The position numbers and the translations under genes are program-made. This document shows positions 1-11,986 of a stretch of 64,000 nt of DNA, piece after piece (positions within the stretch are counted from its first letter, which is position 1; each line of letters starts with the position of its first letter). The DNA comes from Eledone cirrhosa (lineage: Eukaryota). The DNA is taken from assembly GCA_964016885.1 (NCBI GenBank), contig OZ024740.1, positions 209,684,001 to 209,748,000 of the forward strand, read 5' to 3'. The notes under the pieces were generated by a model. The model did not search any database and had not been told where the DNA came from. It worked only from the letters and a program-made list of their open reading frames with translations.

Positions 1-54
1 TTTAATACCACTCCTAGATAAAAGCCATGCCTTGTGTATCTTCTTCATTTCGCC

Positions 55-164
55 TGCTCTGATGAAAACGACTGGTTATAAACAAAGTATTGGAGATCGA
101 TTGGCGCATAATCAGGCAGATAGCGAACTCTAGACCTACCAGATCAAAGAAACAATTGTCAGCA
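55..164 (+). ncRNA. Type I hammerhead-ribozyme-like motif with long stem II insertion (probable PLE 3' end)
   Basis: TGCT(55-58)-CTGATGA(59-65)...GAAAC-AATT-GTC(149-160)-AGCA(161-164). Stem I is TGCT/AGCA, stem III is palindromic ACAATTGT, and there is a GUC triplet. AATAAA (170) follows and the segment ends in (TA)n at 390. Confidence 0.6.
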
Positions 165-388
165 ATGTGAATAAAGCCCTTATTGTATAGTGAACCATGT
201 CACTCTTCTTTCTTGAATTATTATTACTCCAAGTATAAACTACATAGAAATTACCGCGAACTCGCAGCATCACTATGGAAACGTCTTGTTGAGTCAAACT
301 AAGCCACACGTTAATACTATCCACTACACGGAGTACTCTAACTGGACTACATCTAAGTGGACTACCTATAACGATAACCTGTTATCCC

Positions 389-389
<1 letters not shown>

Positions 390-482
<93 letters not shown>
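390..482. repeat. (TA)n microsatellite
   Basis: Pure TA run. Confidence 0.98.
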
Positions 483-483
<1 letters not shown>

Positions 484-679
484 GATTGGTGCTCTGAAAT
501 AGCGATGTATACATGAATGTATGTATAGTATATTAAAGTAGTGACTATGTCACTACTTTAAAAATGATAACGTAAGGTCTTCAAAATGTTTGTAATTAAA
601 CATACGGTATATTGCCAAATATAGTATGCATACATCCAGCTTCTCGCTACAACAATTTCTATACCTTTCATTTATATAT

Positions 680-1262
680 TTATACTCGGATTTTTTTCCT
701 GGAGTGCTTAAATTATTTGTGACTAATCCCGGTTTTTTTAATAAAAACTGCGATAATATTGCTTTTTGCTGAACTCCTTTTGTAGAGTTTTTTTCGGAAT
801 GTATTTAACTGTTGTTTCTTGTAAACAAACATTCGCCTCATTCTGACGTCACTAGCCCTGTTTTCCTCATGTGCGTTTTTCATAATCACGCATGATGGTG
901 AACTAGCCAGTTTTAAAATTCCCTTTTTGGCATATAAATCTGTGAGAGTCCTGGTTATCGAGTTGAGCTCTGCTGACGATTGAAATCCAACCGTGACCAT
1001 CTCCACTGAAAGTTTTCATGAAATAGTCTTTAAGATTATACAGAGCATTTGAAGTTTTTCCAAATTGAAGGATGAGTATTTTAGACTTTATTTTATCATG
1101 AGTTAAGGCTCTATTGATTTTTCCCTGGATTTCTCTAAATTCTATGGATGAATTTATATCCTAATTCTATTTGAGATGAGTTTGAATTATTTTTCCAACA
1201 TCTTACGTTAACTATTTTCCCATTTTGACGCTATAGTCACTTATATATTATGGAATACTGTT
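680..1262 (-). mobile_element. Probable 5'-truncated non-LTR retroelement fragment flanked by a 42-bp direct repeat
   Basis: AGCTTCTCGCTACAACAATTTCTATACCTTTCATTTATATAT occurs at 638-679 and 1263-1304. ORF 713-1006 (LYAKKGILKLASSPSC) only weakly resembles LINE ORF2 C-termini. Confidence 0.4.
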
Positions 1263-1296
1263 AGCTTCTCGCTACAACAATTTCTATACCTTTCAT

Positions 1297-1297
1297 T

Positions 1298-1330
<33 letters not shown>

Positions 1331-1409
1331 ATATATGTATATATATACATATATATGTGTATGTGTGTGTGTATATATGTATATATATACATATATATGT
1401 GTATATATG

Positions 1410-1466
<57 letters not shown>

Positions 1467-1497
1467 ATATATGTATATATATATATCTATATCTATC

Positions 1498-1571
<74 letters not shown>

Positions 1572-1605
1572 ACTGTTGCAACTATTTATATATATATATA
1601 TATAA
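1297..1605. repeat. Compound (TA)n/(TG)n microsatellite
   Basis: Dinucleotide runs. Confidence 0.95.
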
Positions 1606-1790
1606 TAATTGTTTCTACTTTTTGGCACAAGGCCAGCAACTACCCCAAAGGATGAAATGTGAAATTACATTACGTTTATTCAGCTGTGATGCGCATTTCG
1701 CTATTGATCAGTTCAAGGTTCGATCTCTATCGACAGGCCCAACTCTGGAATCAAAAGGTGAAGTTGACCTCAGTGGGATTTGAACTCAGA
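1606..1790 (-). mobile_element. tRNA-derived SINE (family 1), partial
   Basis: Shares TTGTTTCTACTTT.GGCACAAGGCCAGCAA and GGGATTTGAACTC (B-box on minus) with other copies in the window. Confidence 0.75.
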
Positions 1791-1799
1791 AAGAAAAGA

Positions 1800-1930
1800 G
1801 ATGGTGGTGATCATGATGATGATGATGAGGATGATAGTGGTGATGGTGGTGATGATGATGGTGATGATGGTGGTGGTGGTGGTGGTCATGATAGAGATCA
1901 TGATGATAGTGATGGTTGTGGTGGTGATCC

Positions 1931-1963
<33 letters not shown>

Positions 1964-2330
1964 CGATGATGGTGGTGTTGGTGGTGGTGATGATGATGAT
2001 AATGGTAGTGATGATGATGATGATAGTGATAATGATGATGATGATGATGATGATAATGGTAGTGATGATGATTTTGATGGTGTTGATGATGATTGTGATG
2101 ATGATAATGATGATGATGGTGATGGTGGTGGTGATGATAATGGTGGTGTTGATGATGATGATGATGATGGTGGTGACGATGTTTGTGATGATGATGATGG
2201 TGGTGGTGGTGGTGGTGATGATAATGATGGCGATGATGGTGATGATAATGGTGGTGGCGGTGATGACGATGATGATGATGATGATGGTGACGATGTTTGT
2301 GGAGATGATGAAGGTGATGATGATGATGTT
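1800..2330. repeat. (GAT/GGT)n trinucleotide tract
   Basis: Direct inspection; explains the poly-D/M/H/I pseudo-ORFs. Confidence 0.95.
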
Positions 2331-2679
2331 TGACCCCCACCCTAGCCCCACCCCACTCCCACACACGACCCAACACCGTCCATTTTAATTCGATATGATG
2401 ACGACAGATTAGATATTTAGTTATTTATTTATATATTTATCCATCAAAAGAATCCTATCTAATAAATCATGAGGGAATGGCGTGGTTGGAGCGGCTGACG
2501 TGGTTTGTCATTAATTAATAATACATAAGTTCGTTTAATCAACATCCTTCATGTGTTTAACAATTGACCGCTTAATTATTTACAGAGCTTGTTAATTAAA
2601 CGGTCTATCTACATATAGGCTGACACACGTCATTACTCCCTTCACTTCCTTACACATACATTTACATTTATTTACATAT

Positions 2680-2860
2680 CAGAATGGAAGCGGTAAAAAC
2701 CAGTTAGACCATTACTCAGTCACCAGAGTACTCGATACTTGGGGTAGTAGAGTGTGTAATATGAAAAGTTAGGGACCCCACGGCTGAGCTGCGGCGTATC
2801 TAGCTGTTGAAATGGGAGAAGCTCAGCCGCCAGGGCATCGATCTTTTCATATATTTACAT
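2680..2860. mobile_element. PLE-like terminal island with internal fold-back (same family as 30446-30761, 32117-32535)
   Basis: GAGTACTCGATACTTGGGGTAGTAGAGTG and CGGCTGAGCT...AGCTCAGCCG hairpin shared with those copies. Confidence 0.6.
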
Positions 2861-2938
2861 ATATAGTTACATGTATGTATGTATGTATGTTCTTCTGGTT
2901 TTATAATTTCACAAATTTTTGGTATGTATGTATGTATG

Positions 2939-2965
<27 letters not shown>

Positions 2966-2970
<5 letters not shown>

Positions 2971-3440
2971 ACCTGTCAAAGGGCAAAGGAGCTCTTAAGA
3001 GTCAATGGCCATCCTAAATCACCGGGAGAGATGACCTGTTAGCCTTTGTCAAGGCAGAATTCTAGGAGAAGGAAAACTCTGATATAACACCTGCAACTCT
3101 GATGGTATCCAATGATGTTGACTTGTTCTTCTTTTTGGTAAATATCATCTTGGTTAAGAGAGTGGGACTGGCTTTGTGCAGTGCCTTTGCTCACTATAAA
3201 AGCTTCACGGCACAGGCATTGCTTTATATCTGGAGATCTCTCTGCACTTGTCGTCACATGGTACCATGGGCCCAACACTATGTGTCAATAATTGTCACAA
3301 GTGTAGTGTTTGTACCAGAGTTTTCAAGTCGCTGGCTGGACTAAAAAGTCACACTCGTTCAGCGCATCGGTAGGGGTTCTCCTACATGGATATAAAGTAG
3401 TGGCCGTACTCGAAAACGAGTTGACAGCCACCACCACCAT
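2966..3440 (+). mobile_element. Non-autonomous RTE-clade-derived element, copy 1, (TATG)n tail
   Basis: 5' part has GGAGAAGGAAAACTCTGA (RTE 5'UTR-like). 3' part encodes CSVCTRVFKSLAGLKSHTRSAH* (RTE-type terminal C2H2), then a CTCG..CGAG hairpin and a (TATG)n tail. Three copies in the window. Confidence 0.7.
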
Positions 3441-3947
3441 GTATGTATGTATGTATGTATGTATGTATGTATGTATGTATGTATGTATGTATGTATGTAT
3501 GTATGTATGTATGTATGTATGTGTGTGTGTGTATGTATGTACTTCTGGTTTTATAATTTCACAAAGTTTTACCAATAGAGAGAGAGTCGGTTTCTAACAT
3601 AGACACAAGACTCTCTCATTGGAATTTACACAACATCAACTAGGTAGATATGTATGTATGCATGCATGTGTAGATATGGATGTTATTGTATGTGTAGATG
3701 TGTATGTTTTGAGTTGTATGTGTGCATGTGTATATGCTTTGTATCTGTACATGTGTATATGCAGTTATTAGATGCAACATTTTTGGAATGTTTTACATAT
3801 TTTTACTGTTCCATTAATGGATTGTACTTGTAATTTCCTAACTAGTTGTGTTCTTCCTGTTCCTGTGAAGCCTAGCTTCTCAAGGTTTGTGTATGTATGT
3901 ATGTATGTATGTATGTATGTATGTATGTATGTATGTATGTATGTGTG

Positions 3948-4352
3948 TCATTGGATACCATCAGGGTTGCAGGTGTTATATCACAGTTTTCCTTCTCCTA
4001 GAATTCTGCCTTGACAAAGGCTAAGGGGTCATCTCTCCCGGATGTTCTTCTTTTTGGTAAATATCATCTTGGCTAAGAGAGTGGGACTGGCTTTGTGCAG
4101 TGCCTTTGCTCACTATAGAAGCTTCACGGCACAGGCATTGCTTTATATCCGGAGATCTCTCTGCACTTGTCGTCACATGGTACCATGGGCCCAGCACTAT
4201 GTGTCAATAATTGTCACAAGTGTAGTGTTTGTACCAGAGTTTTCATGTCGCAGGCTGGACTAAAAAGTCACACTCGTTCAGCACATCGGTAGGGTTTCTC
4301 CTACATGGATATATAGTAGTAGCCGTACTCGAAAACGAGTTGGCAGCCACCA
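3948..4352 (+). mobile_element. Non-autonomous RTE-derived element, copy 2, with 5' inversion
   Basis: 3948-4041 is the reverse complement of the 5' part of copy 1 (~3023-3115). 4042-4352 is colinear with its 3' part. Confidence 0.75.
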
Positions 4353-4554
4353 TGTATGTGTGTATGTGTGTATGTGTGTATGTATGTATGCATGTATGTA
4401 TGTGTGTGTGTGTGTATGTGTGTATGTATGTTTGTATGCATGTATGTATGTATGTATGTATGTATGTATGTATGTATGTATGTATGTGTGTATGTATGTA
4501 TGTATGTATGCCTGTATGTATGTAGATACATGCATACAGGCATACATACATACA

Positions 4555-5169
4555 TTTCACTGAGGCCCCATCCCAGAAAGACATAAATTCTTTTTGGAGA
4601 AAAATATGGGGTGAAAAGAAGAATTTCAACAAAGATGCAGTGTGGCTAAGAGAAATTCGAAAGAACTATTGCTCCTACACTACAACATAAACATAAGAAA
4701 TAAGTGAGGGTACCCTTGAGACTGTGATAGGAAAACCCCAAGATAAGAACACACCAGGAAGAGACATGATTGTCGGCTACTGGTACAAAAAACTGATATT
4801 CTATCGGAGGTATCTTACTGACCTCTACCAACAAGTTCTTAAGGGAGATACACTTATACCAGAATGGTTGACATTAGCACAAACATTACTGGTCCCCAAG
4901 AACAAAGACACCCACTTGGCAAAAAATAACCGACCCATTGCATGCCAGAACCTGATGTATAAGATGTATACAGCCTGCCTGAACCTATTCCTCCAAGATC
5001 ACTGAAAATAATAACATCATCACAGATGAACAAGCAGCTGGAAAGAAAGGGGTTTGGGGATGTGCTGAATAACTCCTAATCAACAAAACTGCGATGTCGG
5101 AGGTGCGACAACTTAGGAGGAATATGACTACAGTCTGGCTGGAGTACAGGAAAGTTTTCTATTCTGTTC
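4555..5169 (+). pseudogene. Reverse-transcriptase fragment of R4/Dong-like (RLE) non-LTR retrotransposon
   Basis: FWRKIW...PGRDMIVGYWYK...IPEWLT..QTLLVPK...NRPIACQNLMYK...EQAAGKKG..GC.EQLLI...VWLEYRKVFYSVP; stops and frameshifts. Confidence 0.8.
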
Positions 5170-5889
5170 CTGTCTTCTCTATTTTGTCTTCTTCAACCTA
5201 CAGAGTAGGCTCATTCTCTCGGGCCATTTCCGCCACATTCACCCACCTTTCAGCGAATTTGCTGGGGTGCAGCATCTCTCACTCTCTCTCCAATCACACC
5301 TTCCTTTTAAAATTATATTTGAAGAAAGGGATGCGTTGTTGTCCGGAGAGGAAGGTGTTTTCGCCCAGTCCTTTCAATCTCATCCACGATATCACTTCTT
5401 TCGCCATAGCCACCAGACAAAGGAAAACTGCCTCTCCTCTGTTAAATGAAGGCAGCCGGATAATCCTCACGGTGGACTCGGCTGACAGCCGGATTCGTCC
5501 TATACGTGACAGTAGCTGCTCGACATAATTCCACAGGTCGGTGACCCCTGGGTACTGAACAATGGCGTACAGGACCGTTTTGGTGTTCTGCTTGCATCTT
5601 GACAGGTTCTTCTGGCAGGACCCCTGCTAGGGCATCTGTGGCAGTAGATTTTGTCTCTAACTGGTACAGCTTCTAGGTAACACTGCCAGACCAAAGACCT
5701 CTGGAAGTTATCCATAGGACCTGGACCGAAAGTTCTTCGGAATAGACTGGCTAGTTTGTCCTGTTCGACTCCCAGAATCTCCCCGAGCACTTATCCACCA
5801 CTAATCCCCTATAGAATGTAATGTTAACGTCGAGTTTCCACTGATTGCTGTTTCCTCCTGGTAGAGAACCGTGAGCGCCTGAGAGCACT
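5170..5889 (-). mobile_element. L1/Tx1-clade LINE ORF2 C-terminal fragment (copy C)
   Basis: FGPGPMDNFQRSLVWQCY..AVPVRDK, homologous to 6137-6740. 5791-5889 encodes ECSQALTVLY...TFYRGLV. Confidence 0.85.
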
Positions 5890-5898
5890 AGATAGATA

Positions 5899-8800
5899 GA
5901 TATATTTCTTTATTAGCCACAAGGGCGCACAAGAAAAGGGGACAAAACAAACACATGCCGGGGATTTTACATACAATCGTGTAAAAATATTAAACAAACA
6001 AATATAACAATCGAAATCCCCAAAAAGGGAGAGGCGCCACAAATGGGTAGTTTCATACCCCGTAAATAGAACAACCCTCAACTTCAGGATCGTGTTGTGC
6101 GAGTGCTCCTTTCTTCCTTTTGCTCTCTTCTTCAACCTACAGGTTTATATACAGAGAAGGCCCAATCACACGGGCAATTTTTGCCACATTCACCCACCTT
6201 TCAGTAAATTTACTGGGGTGCAGTGCCTCTCTCTCCACTCTCATCCTCCTTCTAAAGTGGTATCTAAAGAAGGGAATGAGTTGTTGTCCGGAGAGAAAGG
6301 CATCTATCGTCAGTCCTCTCAATCTCGTCCACCATATAACCATTTTCACCATAGCCACTATACAGAGGAAAACCGCATCTCTTTCGTTTTTGAAAGAAGT
6401 TGGCGGTTTGATCCTTACTATGGACTCGGCAGTCAACTGGATTTGTCCCATACGCGACAGCAGTTGTTCTGCATAGTTCCACAGGTCGGTTACGCCCGGG
6501 CAGTGTACACTTGCTTGCAGGACGGTTTCAATGTCCTGCCCGCATCTTGGACACGTCCTCTTGGAAGGATCCCTGCCAGGGCATCCGTGCCTGTAGATCT
6601 TGTCACGAACTGGTAGAGCTCCTCGGTAGCACTGCCAGGACAGGGACCCCTGGAAGTTATCCATAGGTCCCGGGCAGAAAGTCCTACCAAACAGACTGGT
6701 GAGTTCGTCGTCTTCAACGCCTAGAGTCTCCCGAGCACGTCGTCGCCCTCAATCTGCCAGGCGCCCATCTTCTTCGGTCTCCGCTTGACTCAGGACTGCA
6801 GCTCCGTCAGCGAGACAAGTTGCGAGAAGGCCTGTCTCACAAACGGTGCCCACACCGGTTGGGGGTCGGTGAGGAATACCTGTAGATGCCGTAACCTCAG
6901 CGCATCATCAGCCACGGCATTCCCAGCCCTCCGTTGGAAGGGTGCTGACAGCAGACGGGTCTCCTCACCAGTGGCGCCTACTTCTTCCAAAGGAACTGGA
7001 AGAGCATGCGTTCCATCTTGGTGAGGTGTTCACGGAGACAAGGCACGACGGTCAAGCGGTAGTAGATGACGGACGCTATGAAAGTGTTCGCCACCTCTGC
7101 TCGACTTTTCAAGGATTGTTTGCACTCTGCCCACTTCTGGGTGAGCGCAAATACCTTGGCCGTGACCTCGTTCCAGTTTTTTTCCACCTGGAGGTCCGGA
7201 CCGAACCAGACCCCAAACAATTTCACCGGTCCGTCCGTCCAGCGTCCGACGACGCTGTCGGACGGTATCGGTTTGCCTCTCCACGTTCCGAGTTGCAAAC
7301 CGACAGAGTTGTCCGGGTTCAGTTTTGCTCCTGTGAGCCTTTCGTATTTCTGCAGTAAGTTGCCGACCGCCCCGATTTCCGAAACCGGCTGCCTTGAGAA
7401 CCGCTTCCAAGTATCGATGGTCGACCCTATCGAACGCCTTAGACTGATCTAAAGTGATCAGAGCCCCACCGAAGCCGGGTCTACACCCCATCCTCTCTAT
7501 GATGTATCGCATGAGGTGGAGGTTGTCGTATATGGACCTGGTCGGGATTGCACACGTTTGCGCTTTTCCTACCAGGTTCTCGACGACAAGCGCCAACCTC
7601 GTTGCCAACACCTTGGCCAAAATCTTTAACTCTGTGTTGAGCAGAGTTATGGGCCTAAAGTTGCTTAGTTCGTCCCCCTTGTTTTCGTCTTTCCTGATCA
7701 GCGTTACTACGCCCCTGCCTGCAGAACTGAGAATTCTCCTGTTCTGCTGCCAGTTGCAGTAAACAGCCTCGAGGACGCCAGAGAACAAATCCGGCATGCC
7801 TATGTAAAACTCATAGGGTAGACCATCTAGACCAGTTGATTTGCGTTTCCCGCAGCGTCCCAGAGCCTCCCGTATCTCAGTGGCTGTTATCGGTCTTTCG
7901 CAGAACTCGGCGTCCATGCTCGAGAGACCCGGCAGGCCGTCGAGGTATGAACCGAAGTCCATTGCCCCGTTCGACACACCGCCACTCTGCCCGAACAGTT
8001 GCGCAAAGTGTCGCTGAAAGGCCGCGCACATCCGTTTGGGGTCAAGTAGCACGCGTCCGTTTTGGTCTTTCAAAGACCGAATCATGGACTTGTTGCCACT
8101 TTTCGCCTCTGCCACTCGGGCCCAGCTAACAGCTTTCGATCCCTCCTTTCCTAGAGCACGTGATTTACTTCTGACCACGCAGCCTTCGTGTTTCGCGTCG
8201 AAGAACTGGTCCAGTGCCGTTCTCGTTGCTAGCACTCTAGCTACGTTGCCACTCCTAAGCGCCTCCTCTACCTTGGCTACTAGTTCCGTTTCTGTTTTGT
8301 TTCTCTGTAAGGCTAACTCTCTGTATTAGTCTATCGACTCTACTCTAATTGCTTTCTTGGGGGAGTACCACCATCTGTTGTTGGCTCCCGTCAACTGTTG
8401 CTTAACTAATATACTTTTCCGTTCACTATAGGCTTTACGTGTCGGTAGCGAGACGTTCAGCTTCCAGTATCCGGATCCTTGTCTATGTATTCTGTCGCGG
8501 TTGACTATGCAGATGACTAGTTTGTGGTCTGAATAGGCAACCATGTGCATTTGTGGACAGCTTAACATCTTCTTGTCTCTCTCTCTAATAAAGAACCTGT
8601 CTAAATACGATCTAGATGTCCCGCTGAGGTTTGTCCACGTCCACTGTGGTGCAGTCGGGAAATCTAGTCGATACCTATTGGCCAGTTGGAATTGGCCGAT
8701 TAAAGTTTTGAGACTGTTGCACCCCCCTCTACTGGGACATGATCCTACATAGTCCCATCGTGCGTCTAGGATGCCATTCCAGTCCCCCACTAAAAGCAAG

Positions 8801-9112
8801 GAGCGAGACGTTCCTAGAAAAGACTCTAGACGCTTAAAGAAGTCTGGCCGCGATTGCGCAGTCGGAGCATAAACGGCCACCAGTCTGAAGGCTCCACCTC
8901 CAACACTGTTGGAGGTCAAAGTGTACGTGCTGTACTTCGACGTCCAGGTTTTTCCGAAACATCACAGCCACTCCCCCTCCACCTCCTGGCTGACAGAGAG
9001 ATGCGTAGATCTCAAAGTCATTGAAGATGGGGGTTAGTTGCTGCCTGTTGTGGATCCTGGACTCGGTGATGGCTATCACATCCATACCGTGTGACCTAAG
9101 GTCGTTTAAAAG
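5899..9112 (-). mobile_element. L1/Tx1-clade LINE, near-full ORF2 pseudogene (APE endonuclease, RT, CCHC knuckle) plus 3' UTR (copy B)
   Basis: APE motifs: IAITES, VAVYAP, VGDWN, TW, SYLDRF, YSDH. RT motifs: GLDG, FRPITLLN, LDQSKAFDRV. C-terminal CPRC..ETV...HC. The RT core is deleted at ~7380 and there are several frameshifts. AATAAA and (TCTA)n tail. Confidence 0.92.
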
Positions 9113-9222
9113 TTATCCTCCACTAATCCCCTATAGAATATAATGTTAACGTGGAGTTTCCACCGATTGCTGTTTCCTCCTGGTAGAGGACCGTGAGTGC
9201 CTGAGAGCACTAGATAGATAAA

Positions 9223-9609
9223 TAGATAGATATGTTTCTTTATTAGCCACAGGGGCACAAAAGAAGGGGACAAATACAAAGGGGGAAGTTTACATACAAT
9301 AAAAACGTGTAAAATATTATTACAAATGCAATTTAAAAATTAGTCGATTTTCCCCATTAGGGAGAGACAGTTCATACGGATAACACATTATCCCGAAAAA
9401 ATGTGCAACCCTCCTCTCCAGGAGTACGTAGAGTTTGTACCCCTTTCCTCTCTTCCTCTTTTTCCTCAACCTACAGGCTGATATAGAGAGAAGGCCGATT
9501 CATTCGGGCCATTCTCGTCACTTTCACCCACCTTTCATAAAACTTGCTGGGGTACAGCACCTCTCTCTCCATCCTGATTCTTCTTCCAAAGTGGTATTTG
9601 AAAAAAAAA
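9223..9609 (-). mobile_element. L1/Tx1-clade LINE 3' end (copy A)
   Basis: FFKYHFGRRIRMEREVLYPSKFYERWVKV, homologous to the end of copy B. TAGATAGATAAA flanks both sides (9211-9222, 9610-9621). Confidence 0.85.
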
Positions 9610-9689
9610 TAGATAGATAAACAGACAGACAGACAGACAGATACGTATGATACACGCACATTCAGACACACTGTTTTAAATGTATTAAT

Positions 9690-10620
9690 TGCTATCTCAG
9701 ACACACTCCTCCCGTACACTTACATACACACACCACTCTAACACACATACACACGCCGCCACATACACACACACCACATACACTCCCCACACACCACACA
9801 TACACTCCCCCCACACACCACACACACCCCTCACACACCACATACACTCCCCCCACACACCACATACACTCCCCACACACCACACATACACTCCCACACA
9901 CACCACACATACACTCCCCACACACATATGCATGATGCACAAACGTTTATTTAAATCATTTAAAAACATATGTTTACACAACTTCAGACTAACACAAATG
10001 TATTGTTAAAACCATAATAGGTAAAATGACATTAATTCATAACCATACACGCACATATACACACACATACATACACATTCACATGAACATACATACGCAC
10101 ACACTCACACATTCACATGAACATACAGACACACACACACATGAACATGAACATACAGACACACACATACACACATTCACATGAACATACAGACACACAC
10201 ACACTTTCACATTCACATGAATATACATACACACACATACACATATACATACACACATATATACATATACACATACATATAGAGATAGACAGAAAGTTAT
10301 CTTTTATCTAAGTCATTGTTTATTTAAGTCAACAGACACCAACACACACACACACATACATACATATATATATATATATATATTTACATATGTGTGTGTG
10401 TGTTGGTGTATACATACACACACTCACACATAAATACCCACTCATACACACTTACACATACATATACACACACTCACACATACATATATACACACTCATA
10501 CGTACACACTCACACACGCACACGCACACAAATGGACACACACACATATATATATATATATATAAATATATATATATATAAATATATATACACGTTCGTA
10601 CACACACATACATACGCATG
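9690..10620. repeat. (CA)-rich low-complexity/minisatellite tract
   Basis: Includes ~21-24-bp CACACCACACATACACTCCC repeats at ~9770-9925. Confidence 0.9.
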
Positions 10621-10949
10621 TATAGTTTATTAAAGTGACATCACTTCGACACACTACTAGCCGCCATCCTCACTCTTTACCTTCTCAAACTATGTTAAAT
10701 CATGTCCGGTGTTCTCTGCTGAACAAACTTTAGAACCTTCCATTATTAAGTTAGTCGTCCAGTGAAATGTTATATATTCGCTGACTGTTGAATGCGAGAG
10801 TGGGACGAATAAAGAAATCTGTTTATACAAGCAAACACTGACATAGAGCGATCGATAAAATCCCGTTTAACTTGCAGATCAAAGAGGAAATTTTGGACAA
10901 ACACACAGATAGACACACACACACACATACTCACACACGCGCGCGCGCG

Positions 10950-11002
<53 letters not shown>

Positions 11003-11149
11003 CACAACACAACACAACACAACACACACACACACACACACAGTTGTTTGTATTCAAATAATGTTGTATTGAACGGCGATATATTGTCGGAGACATAGGT
11101 AGATAGATAGATGGATTGATATATGGATGGATAGAAAGACAGATGACTG

Positions 11150-11546
11150 CATATACATACATACATACATCCATACATACATACATACATACATACATAC
11201 ATACATCCATACAATCATACATACATACATACATACATACATCCATACAATCATACATACATACATACATACATACATACATACATACATACATACATAC
11301 ATACATACATACATACATCCATACATACATACATACATACATACATACATCCATACAATCATACATACATACATACATACATACATACATACATACATAC
11401 ATACATACATACATACATACATACATACATACATACATCCATACAATCATACATACATACATACATACATCCATACATACATACATACATACATACATAC
11501 ATACATACATACATACATACATACATACATACATACATACATACAT
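11150..11546. repeat. (TACA)n microsatellite, tail of adjacent RTE-derived element
   Basis: Tetranucleotide run with recurring CCATACAATC interruption. Confidence 0.95.
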
Positions 11547-11956
11547 GGTGGCTGCCAACTCGTTTTCGAGTACGGCTACTACTATATATCCATGTAGGAG
11601 AACCCCTACCGATGCGCTGAACGAGTGTGACTTTTTAGTCCAGCCAGCGACTTGAAAACTCTGGTACAAACACTACACTTGTGACAATTATTGACACATA
11701 GTGCTGGGCCCATGGTACCATGTGACGACAAGTGCAGAGAGATCTCCAGATATAAAGCAATGCCTATGACGTGAAGCTTTTATAGTGAGCAAAGGCAATG
11801 CACAAAGCCAGTCCCACTCTCTTAACCAAGATGATATTTACCAAAAAGAAGAACGAGTCAACATCATTGGATACCATCAGGGCTGCAGGTGTTATATCAG
11901 AGTTTTCCTTCTCCTAGAATTCTGCCTTGACAAATGCTAAGGGGTCATCTCTCCCG
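11545..11956 (-). mobile_element. Non-autonomous RTE-derived element, copy 3
   Basis: Reverse complement of ~3024-3440. Confidence 0.8.
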
Positions 11957-11986
11957 TACATACATACATACATACATACATACATC

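Noticed and set aside
1659-2388. Poly-Asp/His/Met/Ile ORFs
   Set aside because: Trinucleotide repeat is open in several frames on both strands.
5791-9220. LTRs around the LINE
   Set aside because: The repeat is ORF2 coding sequence of neighbouring copy C; there is no TG..CA, PBS or PPT.
10770-11669. 299-aa MYVC-repeat ORF
   Set aside because: Read-through of the (TATG)n tail of a retroelement.
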